Origin: a virus
Lineage: Duplodnaviria > Caudoviricetes
Virus record (IMG/VR): IMGVR_UViG_3300021356_000129
Coordinates: 1-28,122 of that record
Length of the DNA stretch: 28,122 nucleotides
Direction: 5' to 3' (one strand)
The notes below the pieces were generated by a model. It made no database searches. It worked only from the letters and a program-made list of their open reading frames with translations, and was not told the origin of the DNA. Shown here piece by piece: positions 7,301-16,481 of this stretch; the first letter of the stretch is position 1, and each line of letters begins with the position of its first letter. Position numbers and translations under genes: made by a program.

Positions 7301-10300
7301 GTCGATTTTATCAATGCTGGTAGGGGATCCTTCAACTATCCACCTATTACCGTTGAAGTAGAAGGTGCAGCAGCATCATTCGATAAAACTTTTGTTGAGG
7401 ATTTCCAAGAACTATACGTAATTGAATCTCCGATTACTGAAAATATTATTACACCACCTGCAGTTCTTGCCTGGACAGACACGGAAGCAGAGATTCATAA
7501 TCCATATTATGTTCTCGTCAGTGAAGATGCAAACTGGCTTATTAGTGATGATCCATTTATTGGCAATATTCTTCTGTATGAGGCAAAATTACAACCTGTG
7601 TTTAGAGGTTCCATTCAAACCATCGATACGGTAAATGGTGGTGTTGGATATGGTGCATCGACAATTATCGATTTCAATAGACAACCAGAAGTTACCTTTG
7701 AATCAGGACAAAGTGCCATATTGACCCCCATTATCAATAATGGACAGATTTCAGAAGTTGTTATTAATTCACCTGGAAGTGGATACAACTCCCCACCAGA
7801 TTTAATTGTCAGGAGTTTAGATGACAAAGGTGATTATGCTATTCTTGTTCCAATCATCAAGGATGGTAAAATTGATAGTGTCGTCGTCCAAAAAGGTGGA
7901 GTAGGGTATACTGTAGGTAAGACTTCTATTGATGTTATTGCTGCGGGTCAAGGTGCAAGAGTTCAAACAAATGTAAGAGGTTGGAACGTTAATCTGTTCG
8001 AAAAGAGCTTTAACAATATCTTAGATGATGATTGTGTATTGACGGAGAATATCGCCAACACATCTTTACAATTTGCATCCTTCTTTGCACAGAGACCTCT
8101 CAGAGCAGCTTCTAATTCAATCAATGGATTTGAAGAAGATAATCTCAAGTATGGTCTTTTTGACTTACAACTGACCACAGGTGGTGAGGAAACATCCAGT
8201 GGATTCCACTCTCCTATTCTTGGATGGGCATACGATGGAAATCCAATTTATGGTCCATATGCATACGAAAATATCAACGGATCTGGTAACATTCGTAGAA
8301 TGCAAAGTGGATATAAGTTAAAGAATACCCCTGTCAACAGACCATCATACACTGCATTCCGTAATGGATTCTTTGTTGATGACTACGAGTTTGCTGGAGA
8401 TGGTGACCTTGATGAATACAATGGTAGATTCTGTGTCACACCCGATTATCCAAATGGTGTGTATGCTTATTTCTGTACCATTAGTAATGATATTGAGTCT
8501 TCGGGTCCTTTCAATAATTATAGACTTCCACAGTTCCCATACGTTATTGGTGAAAAGTTCAAGTCTTTACCGAATGCATTCAACTTCAGGGCATCTTCTA
8601 ATCAAACCGAATATGACATTACCAAAAACAATTGGTTGAGAAACACCAGATTCTATTTTACTAACGGTGGAAATAATGGATATGATTACATCTTCAATTC
8701 AGATCTGATAAGAAATTCATCTGTCGATATTACTGCAACTTCCTTGGGTGGTATTGATAAAGTTGAAATTAAAGATCCAGGAGAAAACTATAAAGTAAAT
8801 GATAGAGTTATTTTTGACTCATCTCAAACTGATGGAAGAGGGGTCAACTGGAGAGTTGCTCAACTTAAAGGTAAGACTGTCAATCAAGTAAGTCTGGCAA
8901 CAACTATATTCGAAGACAGTGAAATTGTTGGAGGTATCTCTAGAAATGAATTTGTTGGATTTACTTCAGTCCCTCATAATTTATTACCAAATGATGTTGT
9001 CTATATTGATGGCCTGTCTGAATTCTATAGGGGTATTGCTGGACCATATAGAATTGGTGTATCAAGTGAAAGATGGTATACGTCCGTTGGTATCAGGACT
9101 GGTACAGCCACGGGTATTGTAACATTTATCTATCTTAATGGTTTTATCGATTTGATCTCCGTAAGACCAAACGACATTTTAAGAATTAATCGTGAACAAT
9201 TCAAGGTATTGAACCTTGATGCACTTTCTGGAAGAATAAGAGTTGAGAGAGGATATAACGGTTCACCACAAACTGTTCATCCAGCTGGTACTCTCGTAAG
9301 AGACGATCCCAGAAAAGTAAGATTTACTACTATTGGCATTAGTACAAACAAACCTTCAAACTTAAACAAGACTCATTACTTCATGCCTAATGAGTCTGTG
9401 GGTCTTGGTTCTGTAACTACAGGCACTGCAACAACAATTACATTCTCAAACCCTGGTGTCGGATTAACACAAGTAAGACTTCAACAACAGCAGTTCTTCT
9501 ATCCAGATCACGGGTTTGAACTCAATACTCCACTTAAGTATTACAAAGGTGATGGCACTTCTTTGGCAGTTTGGAGTGGTATTCAATCCTCTTCAATATT
9601 CAATCTTGATGAGACAAGAGATCTGTTTGCGGTTCCAATTTCCAAAGATATTATTGGTCTGGCATCGGATAGAGTTGCATTAAGTACAGTAACTGATCAA
9701 TACGTAGGTGTTGATAGTTCAAAGGGTGGTTTATTATATTTTACCAACTCCACAAATCTTGGACAGACACACAGTCTTGTAACTGTTCTTCCATCAGTTC
9801 TTACGGGTAGAATCTCCCAAAACATAGTGACAGTTTCCACTGGCGAAACTCATGGAATGTTGAGAGGGGATAGGATACAAGTTGATGTAAATCCAACTGC
9901 TACGAAAACTATCAAAGTAATTTACGACGATTTTAATAGAAGAATCGTATTTGATAGAGATACCATTGAACCATCAGGTATCAACACAGTTAGTAATATG
10001 CTCACTGTCCCACCAAATAAGTATAGAACTGGCGATAAAGTCATCTATACTTCTGGTGATCCATCAGAGGGTCTGACAGCAAATGGAATGTATTATGTTT
10101 ACGTCTACAAGAATGACGAAATCAAACTTACAGAAGAAGTTTACCAATTGTTCTCAGAAAACCCAACCTTTGTTAATGTTGGATCTGCAACAACTGGTAG
10201 TATTGCAAGAATAAATCCAAGAATTGAAGTTTATAGAAATGAGAATTTAAAGTTTGATTTATCTGACCCATCGTTGTCGTTTGTTGATAAGGGAATTACT

Positions 10301-13300
10301 TATTCTGCATATGAGATGTTTATTTACAGTGATTCTCAGAAGATTAATAAATTCTACACAACAAAAACAGATTCATCATTTGAAGTTACAACTTCAGGAA
10401 AAATTGGTATTGATAGCACAGCAAATCTTACTTTAAGAGTAAGTAACGAACTTCCTCAGAACCTGTATTATGGTTTTGAACCAGACAACCTCGATATTAT
10501 ACCACCAGTCAAATTAAGAATATTTGAAGATGACCGAGTATTCAAACATAATACTATTGGAGTAGTTCCCAATAAATTTGATGGTATTTACAATATTATA
10601 GGGATAACGTCAGATACTTTTGATTACGATATTCCATATAATAGTGATACCATAGTATCTTATGGTTCAACTAATTCTACAATCACTTATAACACCAATT
10701 CATTAACTGCAGTTGGTCCTATCGACAGGCTTAATGCAGTCAATGAAGGAACGGGATATAAAACTCTTCCAGGGTTTACATCTGTCAGAAGTGCAAAAGG
10801 AACTGGTGCATTATTAGAACCAAAGAGTACAACAATCGGTTCGGTTCTTAAACAGAAGATGAACTACATTGGGTTTGGTTTCCCGTCAGACAATACTCTG
10901 AACATTGTTGCAAATCTTCCACAGGTTCTTAGAGTCGATCCACTTGGTTCATTCGAACAGATTGGTATTTCTTCAGGTGGTGTAAATTATAGTCAACCAC
11001 CACAATTAGTAGTTCTTGATGGTTTGACAGGATTACAAATTTCTGACCTTGATCTGAGATTTGATCCTAATGAGAATTTTGTCAATATTGTCCAGAATAC
11101 ACAATCCCTGAATGATGTTGAACCAGATATTATTCCTATTCAAAACACTAATGGTTTCAGTATTAGTTCAATTACGTACAATAATACTTCAAAAATTGTA
11201 CGTTTGACCTTCTCTCACCAATTCAGTGATCCTGAAGATTGGCCATTCAAGGTTGGTGAGGAATTCCTTGTAGAAAACGTTGCGATTGGTTTTGGAACCA
11301 TAGGTAAGGGTTACAACTCTGAGGATTATGGATACAAACTCTTCAAGGTGACTTCATTAGATAGTCAGCTCGGAGGAAGTGGTGCATTTATTGAATATAG
11401 TCTTTCAGACGTTCTTGGTACAGGTGAAGTTCCTGGAGCAGTTGTCAGTTCAATCTCTGGTACTGTAACTCCTAAGGTATACTTCCAAATTGTTGATCCT
11501 GTGATCAGAACTTCACCTCTGTTGGCTGGAGAAAAGGTTACAAATGAAGGAAGATCTGGTGTTGTTGAAAGATTTGATGAGGTAAGTAGATATCTCTTCG
11601 TTTCTGCCGAAGACGATTTTGTAGTTGGTACAGATGTGGTATCTGAAACATCTGGTGTAAGGGCAACAATTTTAGATAGAACTGTTTTTGATTCAACGAT
11701 CAAACTTGGTGTTGGTGCAACGTTTATTGATGGTTGGCAGACAAACTCTGGTTTCTTGAATGAAAACCTTCAAGTCATTCCTAATAATGAATACTATCAA
11801 AACTTCTCATACTCTCTCAAATCGAGAGTTGCTTTAGACACATGGGATGATGCAGTAAGTTCTCTGAACCACACCGCAGGTTTTGAAAAATTTGCTGACT
11901 TGGTAATTGATAATAATGCACCTGGTATTGTAACAGCAGCAGATATTGAGATTTCTACTGTTGTCGATCTTATTGGTGAGGGAATGCTCAACTGTTTCCC
12001 TGACTTTGATGGCGCAACTGAAAGGACATTGGATATTTCGAATGGAAGAACGATCTCCAACGAAATTGTATTTGAAAATAAAGTTCTTGTTGATTACTTC
12101 GAATCAAGAGGTAATAGAGTTCTTCGAATTGATGACTTTAGTGGTGAGTTTGATAGTGATCCAAGAGACACACCTTATTCAATCATCAGTTTCTTTGATA
12201 ACAAGTATGCATGGAATAAGTTCTTTACTCTTATTCAAGATACTGAAATTAGAAATAGAAAACAGTTTGGTATTGTCACTCTTCTCCAGAATGGTTCAGT
12301 CGGTTTCTTAAATCAATACGGTACGGTCGATACAGGTAAAGCACTTGGTTCATTTGAACATGTCAGTATTGGTACAAGTCAGTTTGGTCTCGCTTGGTAT
12401 CCAAATCTGTTTGAATACAACAACTATGAAGTATCTTACTTCAACTTTGCTGGTGTAGAAAATCTGACTGGAATTGGATCGACTGCAATCGGTAGTATGG
12501 TTTCAATTGCATCATCTTCTGTTGCTGTTGGTGTTGGTACTACAACCACATTGTTAGAACTTCCAACTGCGACTAGATCTGCAAAAGTTCACATTCAGAT
12601 GGAAGATGGTAATGACAACTACTTCTATAATGAACTGAACGTCCTTTATGATGATGTAAATGTACAACTCCTTCAATATGGTGATATTGATACCACTACA
12701 GATCCATCTTCAGGATTTGGAACTTACACTGCTAACATAAGTGGTAGTAACATTGAGATTGACATTCATCCTACCGTAGGAACTGCTGTAACGGCGAATA
12801 TCCTGTCAGTCGAAGTACATGGTACAAACACTGGTGTTGACACCACTGGAATGATCGTGACTAACCTCTCATCATACCATACAAGTATCTCTTCATCTGG
12901 TACACCTACTGCAAACGAGATTGCTTCATTTAACAATCCGTTTGCTGCAGAGTACTTCATGGTAACTGTCCATGATACTACGAATGAAGAGTATGAGATG
13001 TTTGAGTGTCATGTCTTGGACTCCAGTAGTAATCAAAATATTACTAAGTACGGTAGAATTGACACTATCTCTGGTGTAGGACTTGGTACGGTTGGCATGA
13101 CCAAGACTGGAAGTTCGATTCGTTTGAACTTTACTCCAAATGCAAACATCGCTGTTGAGGTGAAGGTATTTGGTATTGGTCTGAAGAACTTTGACAATAT
13201 TACTGGTATCACTTCAATCAGTGATCTTCAAAATAACATTCTCTTCTCTAACCACGGTACTTACACAGGTACCAAGTTCGACACAAGAAGAGCATTTAAT

Positions 13301-16300
13301 CTGAAGCACAATGATCTTCCAATCTTCCAGAGAGCATTCCTTGGAAATGATTCAAGTATTGTAGATCTTACAAATAATTTGATCACCGTTCCTGATCACT
13401 ACTTTGTCACTGGTGAAAAACTCATTTACAGCTATGAGAATTCATTATATGAGTCTACTAATGCAATCGGAATTGTCACACAATCAATTGCGGGTGTTTC
13501 TACTGACAAACTTCCAACAGAAGTCTATGCAGTTAAAGTAAGTGACACTCAGGTTGGTCTTGCAACAAATGCAGCTGCTGCACTTAAAGCTACTCCTGAC
13601 ACTATTGACCTTTTGACTCTTGGTATTGGAACATTCCACAAGTTGACATCAACCAACCAAAATGCAAGAGCATTGTTGGCTATTGATAATATGATTCAGG
13701 CTCCAGTCACTGAGGTTGTAGTATCAACAACTCTGAATGAAGAAGTTATATTTGATGTTGACTTTGAAGTCACTGGAATCACATCATTCAAAGCAAATGA
13801 TCTGATTAAGATTGATGATGAAATCATGTTGATTCAGAACGTTGGTGTGACCACAGCAAATAGTTTCAAGGTTCTGAGAGCACAGATGGGTACTGGTGTT
13901 GGTACTCATGCAAACGGTACTACGGTTCAGAAACTTGGTGGTAATTATAACATCATCGACAGCACCATTCACTTTGCATCTGCACCTTTCGGTAATATTC
14001 CAATCGGAACAGATACTGCAGGTCCTGATAATGTTGATTGGTCAGGTATCACCACTCATTCTACATTCCAAGGTAGAACATTCATGAGAAGTGGTATTGA
14101 AGATGAAACCACAAGTACTTACAGCACTAACTTCACTTTTGATAATATTCAAAAGGATTTCAATGGTCAGAAGAAGGTATTCTCACTTGTTCAGAATGGA
14201 AGTAATGTGACTGGATTTGCAACTAACCAAGCAATCGTCCTGAACTCCAATATTCTTCAAGAACCACAGGGTGCTCAGGCAACCACTGGTGACTTTACTC
14301 TTACTGAAATTGCAGGTGTCACTAGTATCAGATATCTTGGTGAAAGTAGTTCTTCGGAAGATGATCCTAACAGAGCAACTCTTCCAAGAGGTGGTACGAT
14401 TATCTCGGTTGCATCAACACCAGGTTTTGGTTTCCAACCTCTGATCTCTGCTGGTGCTTCATGTTTCGTCTCTGGTGGTGGTACAATCACTTCAATCGAA
14501 ATTGGTAACCCTGGATCTGGATACAGAGTTGGTGTTCAGACAGTTCAGGTTGGTATCATTACAACCAACGTTGGTTTTGCAACCGTCGTTAACATCGGTA
14601 CTGCAACCGTTCAAAATGGTGAAGTTGTTGCAATCACGACATCGTTCTTCGGATCAAATCTTGATCAGAATAATCCACCACAGGTTGTAATTGATGCACC
14701 TCTTCCATATCAAGGTATTCCACTTGTATATGCAGATGGATCAACTGGTATAGGTACAGGTGCCAGGGTTGATGTCAAGGTTGGTCAAGGTTCAAGTGTA
14801 ATCAATTTTGAAATTGTAAGTGGTGGTCTTGCTTATGGTGAGAGTGAAGAACTCAGACTCGCCATTGGTGGCACGACAGGTATCCAAACAACCTCAAGTG
14901 CATCATTCGAACACTTCAAACTTACTGTAACGGATGTTTATCGTGATACCTTCAACGGATTCACAATTGGTGAACTCGATGTATTTGATAGGCTTGACCC
15001 TCTGTTTGATGGTGTCAGAAAGACATTCCCGCTTGAAATCGCAGGAAACTTATTTGCAATCGAAACCGCAGTCGGTTCAAACATCAATATTGCACAGTGT
15101 TTAATTGTCACCATTAATGACATTCTTCAGGTTCCTAATGCAGCATATAAGTTTAATGGTGGTAGTATCATTGAATTTACAGAACCACCTAAGGAAGGTG
15201 ATGTTTCTAAAGTTATCTTCTATAAAGGTACTCCAGGTGTTGACGTTGTTCTGGTTGATGTTCTTGAAACCGTCAAGATTGGTGATACTTTACAACTGAA
15301 GAACGACTCTGGAAAGGGTCAAACAATAGGATTACTCCAGGAAGAAAGAATTGTCACAGGTATCACAACCTTGGATACTGTCACAACTTTTGCTTATGAT
15401 GGTCCTGGTATTACGACAAATCAGTCTCTGGTAAGACCATTAACATGGTGTAAGCAGATTGACGATATTGTTATTAATGGTTCCTTTGTAACGAAGGATA
15501 GAGTTGATTATGAACCATCGATCTATCCTTATGGATATATCACTCAATATATTGGTGTGAATACTACTGACGCATATGTTGATAGTATTAGACCATTCTT
15601 CAATTCAACAAATGAAACTGCACTTCTTGATTATAACGATAGAGTGACGATCATCGACCAGTCTCCTATCGTTGGTGCAGTCGCAACGGTCTCAATCAGT
15701 ACAACTGGAACGGTTTCTGGATTTACTATCAGTAATGTTGGTTCTGGCTATTCTGGATCAGCTGTTGTCTCTATCTCACAACCATTTGATATTGTGGGTG
15801 GTACAAGAGCAACTGCAACGGCTAACATTTCTGGTGGTGGTGTGACATCGTTCACAATCACAAATGCTGGTGCTGGTTATTCTGCTGCTAATCCCCCTCA
15901 AGTTCTCGTTGAGGTTCCTGAGGCAAGAAGAGAAGAAGTTGGTGTCAATTCGTATTTCGGTGATCAAGGTATTATCGTTGGTTATGCTCAATCCGCTGGT
16001 GCTTTGGGAATCCTTGAACTGTATATTCCATATGATTCGTTCATGAGAGATACTACCATTGTAGGAACAGCTCTTACAGTCAGTACACTCAGAACTGGTG
16101 ATTTGTTTGTTGTCAATCTTTCCAACTTCGGAGTATCTACAAATACTAGTGATGGCATCTATCGTGCACATAATGTTTATGACCATACGGTTGATTTGAC
16201 ATCTGTTGGTATCGGAACAACCGTAGTCAAGAGAGTTGAAATTGAAAATGTTGGATTGGGTACAACTGCAGTTGGATCATTTACAAGAGGTAAGGATCTG

Positions 16301-16447
16301 GGTGAATACACCTGGGGTAGAGTTCAATTCAAGAATAGAGTTGCTAGTAAAGCTCTCACATTTACACCAAATGGATATGCTGGATTGACCACATCTCCAA
16401 TCATACAGAGGACCAGACCTCTGAAGTTCAACAACTATCTAGTTTAA
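4346..16447 (+). CDS. gp7: giant baseplate wedge initiator (gp7-like) structural protein, 4033 aa
   Basis: Lies between gp6 and gp8. N-terminal 'QLP.YVREDFP...FLEQYY' and 'FYSSKGT..SFEILFRALYG', and internal 'YYQNFSYSLKS....W...V..LNH.AGF', resemble cyanophage gp7-like proteins. Many repeated beta-rich modules. Confidence 0.8.
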   Translation: MAVDRVKFQEIVTSQLPRYVREDFPLLSDFLEQYYISQESQSGPADIIQNIDQYVKVEELFDIVDNTTLSSNLSLTAKTIPVSSTIGFPENNGIVQIDNEVIFYSGVTPTSLTGCKRGFSGITTYITTGNPDELTFSQTDSETHSSGAEVKNLNVLFLKEFFKKLKKQVTPGYDDRNFYGDLNKKNFIYNAKSFYSSKGTDQSFEILFRALYGEDVEILKPSEFLFTPSNANYKVTKDYVVEELQGDPLDLKNLTIFQKRTGARGAVTNVQRIPYADYQFYQISIDQGFDYTSDTASIYGEFKPNPLTKILESVSVGASIISVDSTIDFPEYGNLAINDVDGQEMSIGYSGKTSNQFFNCDGIVKDIDKTEDVKLDDYSYAYVGINTDTEIQVRFTSTLKDFVQNEKTNYFRPLDTIQIKSLGYEATTKKNNNWFLNIKPKYRVGDTTVIDPLAFIYQFKFLETHFFSEGYELRYENPDQNISLLGTVVRVISKDTVNVRFSSQIPLTGEFYVENQLLKGSSTRYPYIEEFVANVQNTYAKFDGEVMVSSNSIPKFDDILTNTYNCSVTFSTTLQSTQILTLPTNPTTLPDHGFHTGDSVYFQSAGRGFEGVSSGSYFVRRINESQISLSRSKADLFKGTYLTFNGNVVNASLTLLEFYKKNIKPQGIYREILEPTNNRIDNQFTKSGTTGIWNNGVELLNYKSTNSVYYGDIISFNVTRGGENYDIINPPIVKISDETGVGATAIANVIGSLERLDVIDTGLGYYEPPTITIKGGNGVGAAAKPRMVSIVHENPFNANSNDVNLATDTFTFKTDHKLLDGESVIYQPRGTKGIAGLTTDSEYFVFVTGQKTLKLHRTKPEAVAGINTINLTQFGDGVQYITASKLKSVVSSVVITNPGTGYENKKRTIPSVGVNTVSNRVEIVNHGYKDREIVRYTRDDSLPRVEGLSENKDYYVLKINDDEFALTEVGTGTKNNSYFFDRRITVDFINAGRGSFNYPPITVEVEGAAASFDKTFVEDFQELYVIESPITENIITPPAVLAWTDTEAEIHNPYYVLVSEDANWLISDDPFIGNILLYEAKLQPVFRGSIQTIDTVNGGVGYGASTIIDFNRQPEVTFESGQSAILTPIINNGQISEVVINSPGSGYNSPPDLIVRSLDDKGDYAILVPIIKDGKIDSVVVQKGGVGYTVGKTSIDVIAAGQGARVQTNVRGWNVNLFEKSFNNILDDDCVLTENIANTSLQFASFFAQRPLRAASNSINGFEEDNLKYGLFDLQLTTGGEETSSGFHSPILGWAYDGNPIYGPYAYENINGSGNIRRMQSGYKLKNTPVNRPSYTAFRNGFFVDDYEFAGDGDLDEYNGRFCVTPDYPNGVYAYFCTISNDIESSGPFNNYRLPQFPYVIGEKFKSLPNAFNFRASSNQTEYDITKNNWLRNTRFYFTNGGNNGYDYIFNSDLIRNSSVDITATSLGGIDKVEIKDPGENYKVNDRVIFDSSQTDGRGVNWRVAQLKGKTVNQVSLATTIFEDSEIVGGISRNEFVGFTSVPHNLLPNDVVYIDGLSEFYRGIAGPYRIGVSSERWYTSVGIRTGTATGIVTFIYLNGFIDLISVRPNDILRINREQFKVLNLDALSGRIRVERGYNGSPQTVHPAGTLVRDDPRKVRFTTIGISTNKPSNLNKTHYFMPNESVGLGSVTTGTATTITFSNPGVGLTQVRLQQQQFFYPDHGFELNTPLKYYKGDGTSLAVWSGIQSSSIFNLDETRDLFAVPISKDIIGLASDRVALSTVTDQYVGVDSSKGGLLYFTNSTNLGQTHSLVTVLPSVLTGRISQNIVTVSTGETHGMLRGDRIQVDVNPTATKTIKVIYDDFNRRIVFDRDTIEPSGINTVSNMLTVPPNKYRTGDKVIYTSGDPSEGLTANGMYYVYVYKNDEIKLTEEVYQLFSENPTFVNVGSATTGSIARINPRIEVYRNENLKFDLSDPSLSFVDKGITYSAYEMFIYSDSQKINKFYTTKTDSSFEVTTSGKIGIDSTANLTLRVSNELPQNLYYGFEPDNLDIIPPVKLRIFEDDRVFKHNTIGVVPNKFDGIYNIIGITSDTFDYDIPYNSDTIVSYGSTNSTITYNTNSLTAVGPIDRLNAVNEGTGYKTLPGFTSVRSAKGTGALLEPKSTTIGSVLKQKMNYIGFGFPSDNTLNIVANLPQVLRVDPLGSFEQIGISSGGVNYSQPPQLVVLDGLTGLQISDLDLRFDPNENFVNIVQNTQSLNDVEPDIIPIQNTNGFSISSITYNNTSKIVRLTFSHQFSDPEDWPFKVGEEFLVENVAIGFGTIGKGYNSEDYGYKLFKVTSLDSQLGGSGAFIEYSLSDVLGTGEVPGAVVSSISGTVTPKVYFQIVDPVIRTSPLLAGEKVTNEGRSGVVERFDEVSRYLFVSAEDDFVVGTDVVSETSGVRATILDRTVFDSTIKLGVGATFIDGWQTNSGFLNENLQVIPNNEYYQNFSYSLKSRVALDTWDDAVSSLNHTAGFEKFADLVIDNNAPGIVTAADIEISTVVDLIGEGMLNCFPDFDGATERTLDISNGRTISNEIVFENKVLVDYFESRGNRVLRIDDFSGEFDSDPRDTPYSIISFFDNKYAWNKFFTLIQDTEIRNRKQFGIVTLLQNGSVGFLNQYGTVDTGKALGSFEHVSIGTSQFGLAWYPNLFEYNNYEVSYFNFAGVENLTGIGSTAIGSMVSIASSSVAVGVGTTTTLLELPTATRSAKVHIQMEDGNDNYFYNELNVLYDDVNVQLLQYGDIDTTTDPSSGFGTYTANISGSNIEIDIHPTVGTAVTANILSVEVHGTNTGVDTTGMIVTNLSSYHTSISSSGTPTANEIASFNNPFAAEYFMVTVHDTTNEEYEMFECHVLDSSSNQNITKYGRIDTISGVGLGTVGMTKTGSSIRLNFTPNANIAVEVKVFGIGLKNFDNITGITSISDLQNNILFSNHGTYTGTKFDTRRAFNLKHNDLPIFQRAFLGNDSSIVDLTNNLITVPDHYFVTGEKLIYSYENSLYESTNAIGIVTQSIAGVSTDKLPTEVYAVKVSDTQVGLATNAAAALKATPDTIDLLTLGIGTFHKLTSTNQNARALLAIDNMIQAPVTEVVVSTTLNEEVIFDVDFEVTGITSFKANDLIKIDDEIMLIQNVGVTTANSFKVLRAQMGTGVGTHANGTTVQKLGGNYNIIDSTIHFASAPFGNIPIGTDTAGPDNVDWSGITTHSTFQGRTFMRSGIEDETTSTYSTNFTFDNIQKDFNGQKKVFSLVQNGSNVTGFATNQAIVLNSNILQEPQGAQATTGDFTLTEIAGVTSIRYLGESSSSEDDPNRATLPRGGTIISVASTPGFGFQPLISAGASCFVSGGGTITSIEIGNPGSGYRVGVQTVQVGIITTNVGFATVVNIGTATVQNGEVVAITTSFFGSNLDQNNPPQVVIDAPLPYQGIPLVYADGSTGIGTGARVDVKVGQGSSVINFEIVSGGLAYGESEELRLAIGGTTGIQTTSSASFEHFKLTVTDVYRDTFNGFTIGELDVFDRLDPLFDGVRKTFPLEIAGNLFAIETAVGSNINIAQCLIVTINDILQVPNAAYKFNGGSIIEFTEPPKEGDVSKVIFYKGTPGVDVVLVDVLETVKIGDTLQLKNDSGKGQTIGLLQEERIVTGITTLDTVTTFAYDGPGITTNQSLVRPLTWCKQIDDIVINGSFVTKDRVDYEPSIYPYGYITQYIGVNTTDAYVDSIRPFFNSTNETALLDYNDRVTIIDQSPIVGAVATVSISTTGTVSGFTISNVGSGYSGSAVVSISQPFDIVGGTRATATANISGGGVTSFTITNAGAGYSAANPPQVLVEVPEARREEVGVNSYFGDQGIIVGYAQSAGALGILELYIPYDSFMRDTTIVGTALTVSTLRTGDLFVVNLSNFGVSTNTSDGIYRAHNVYDHTVDLTSVGIGTTVVKRVEIENVGLGTTAVGSFTRGKDLGEYTWGRVQFKNRVASKALTFTPNGYAGLTTSPIIQRTRPLKFNNYLV
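8207..8551 (+). other. YHYH-like domain embedded in the gp7-like protein
   Basis: 'HSPILGWAYDGNPIYGPY...GDLDEYNGRFCVTPDYPNGVYAYF...FPYVIG' matches the conserved blocks of the YHYH family. Confidence 0.65.
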
Positions 16448-16455
16448 AATAAATA
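16448..16455 (+). promoter_or_regulatory. T4-type late promoter (AATAAATA)
   Basis: Immediately after the gp7 stop, 26 nt upstream of the ATG at 16482. Confidence 0.7.
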
Positions 16456-16481
16456 AAACATAGAAAAGGATCCTACAGTAG

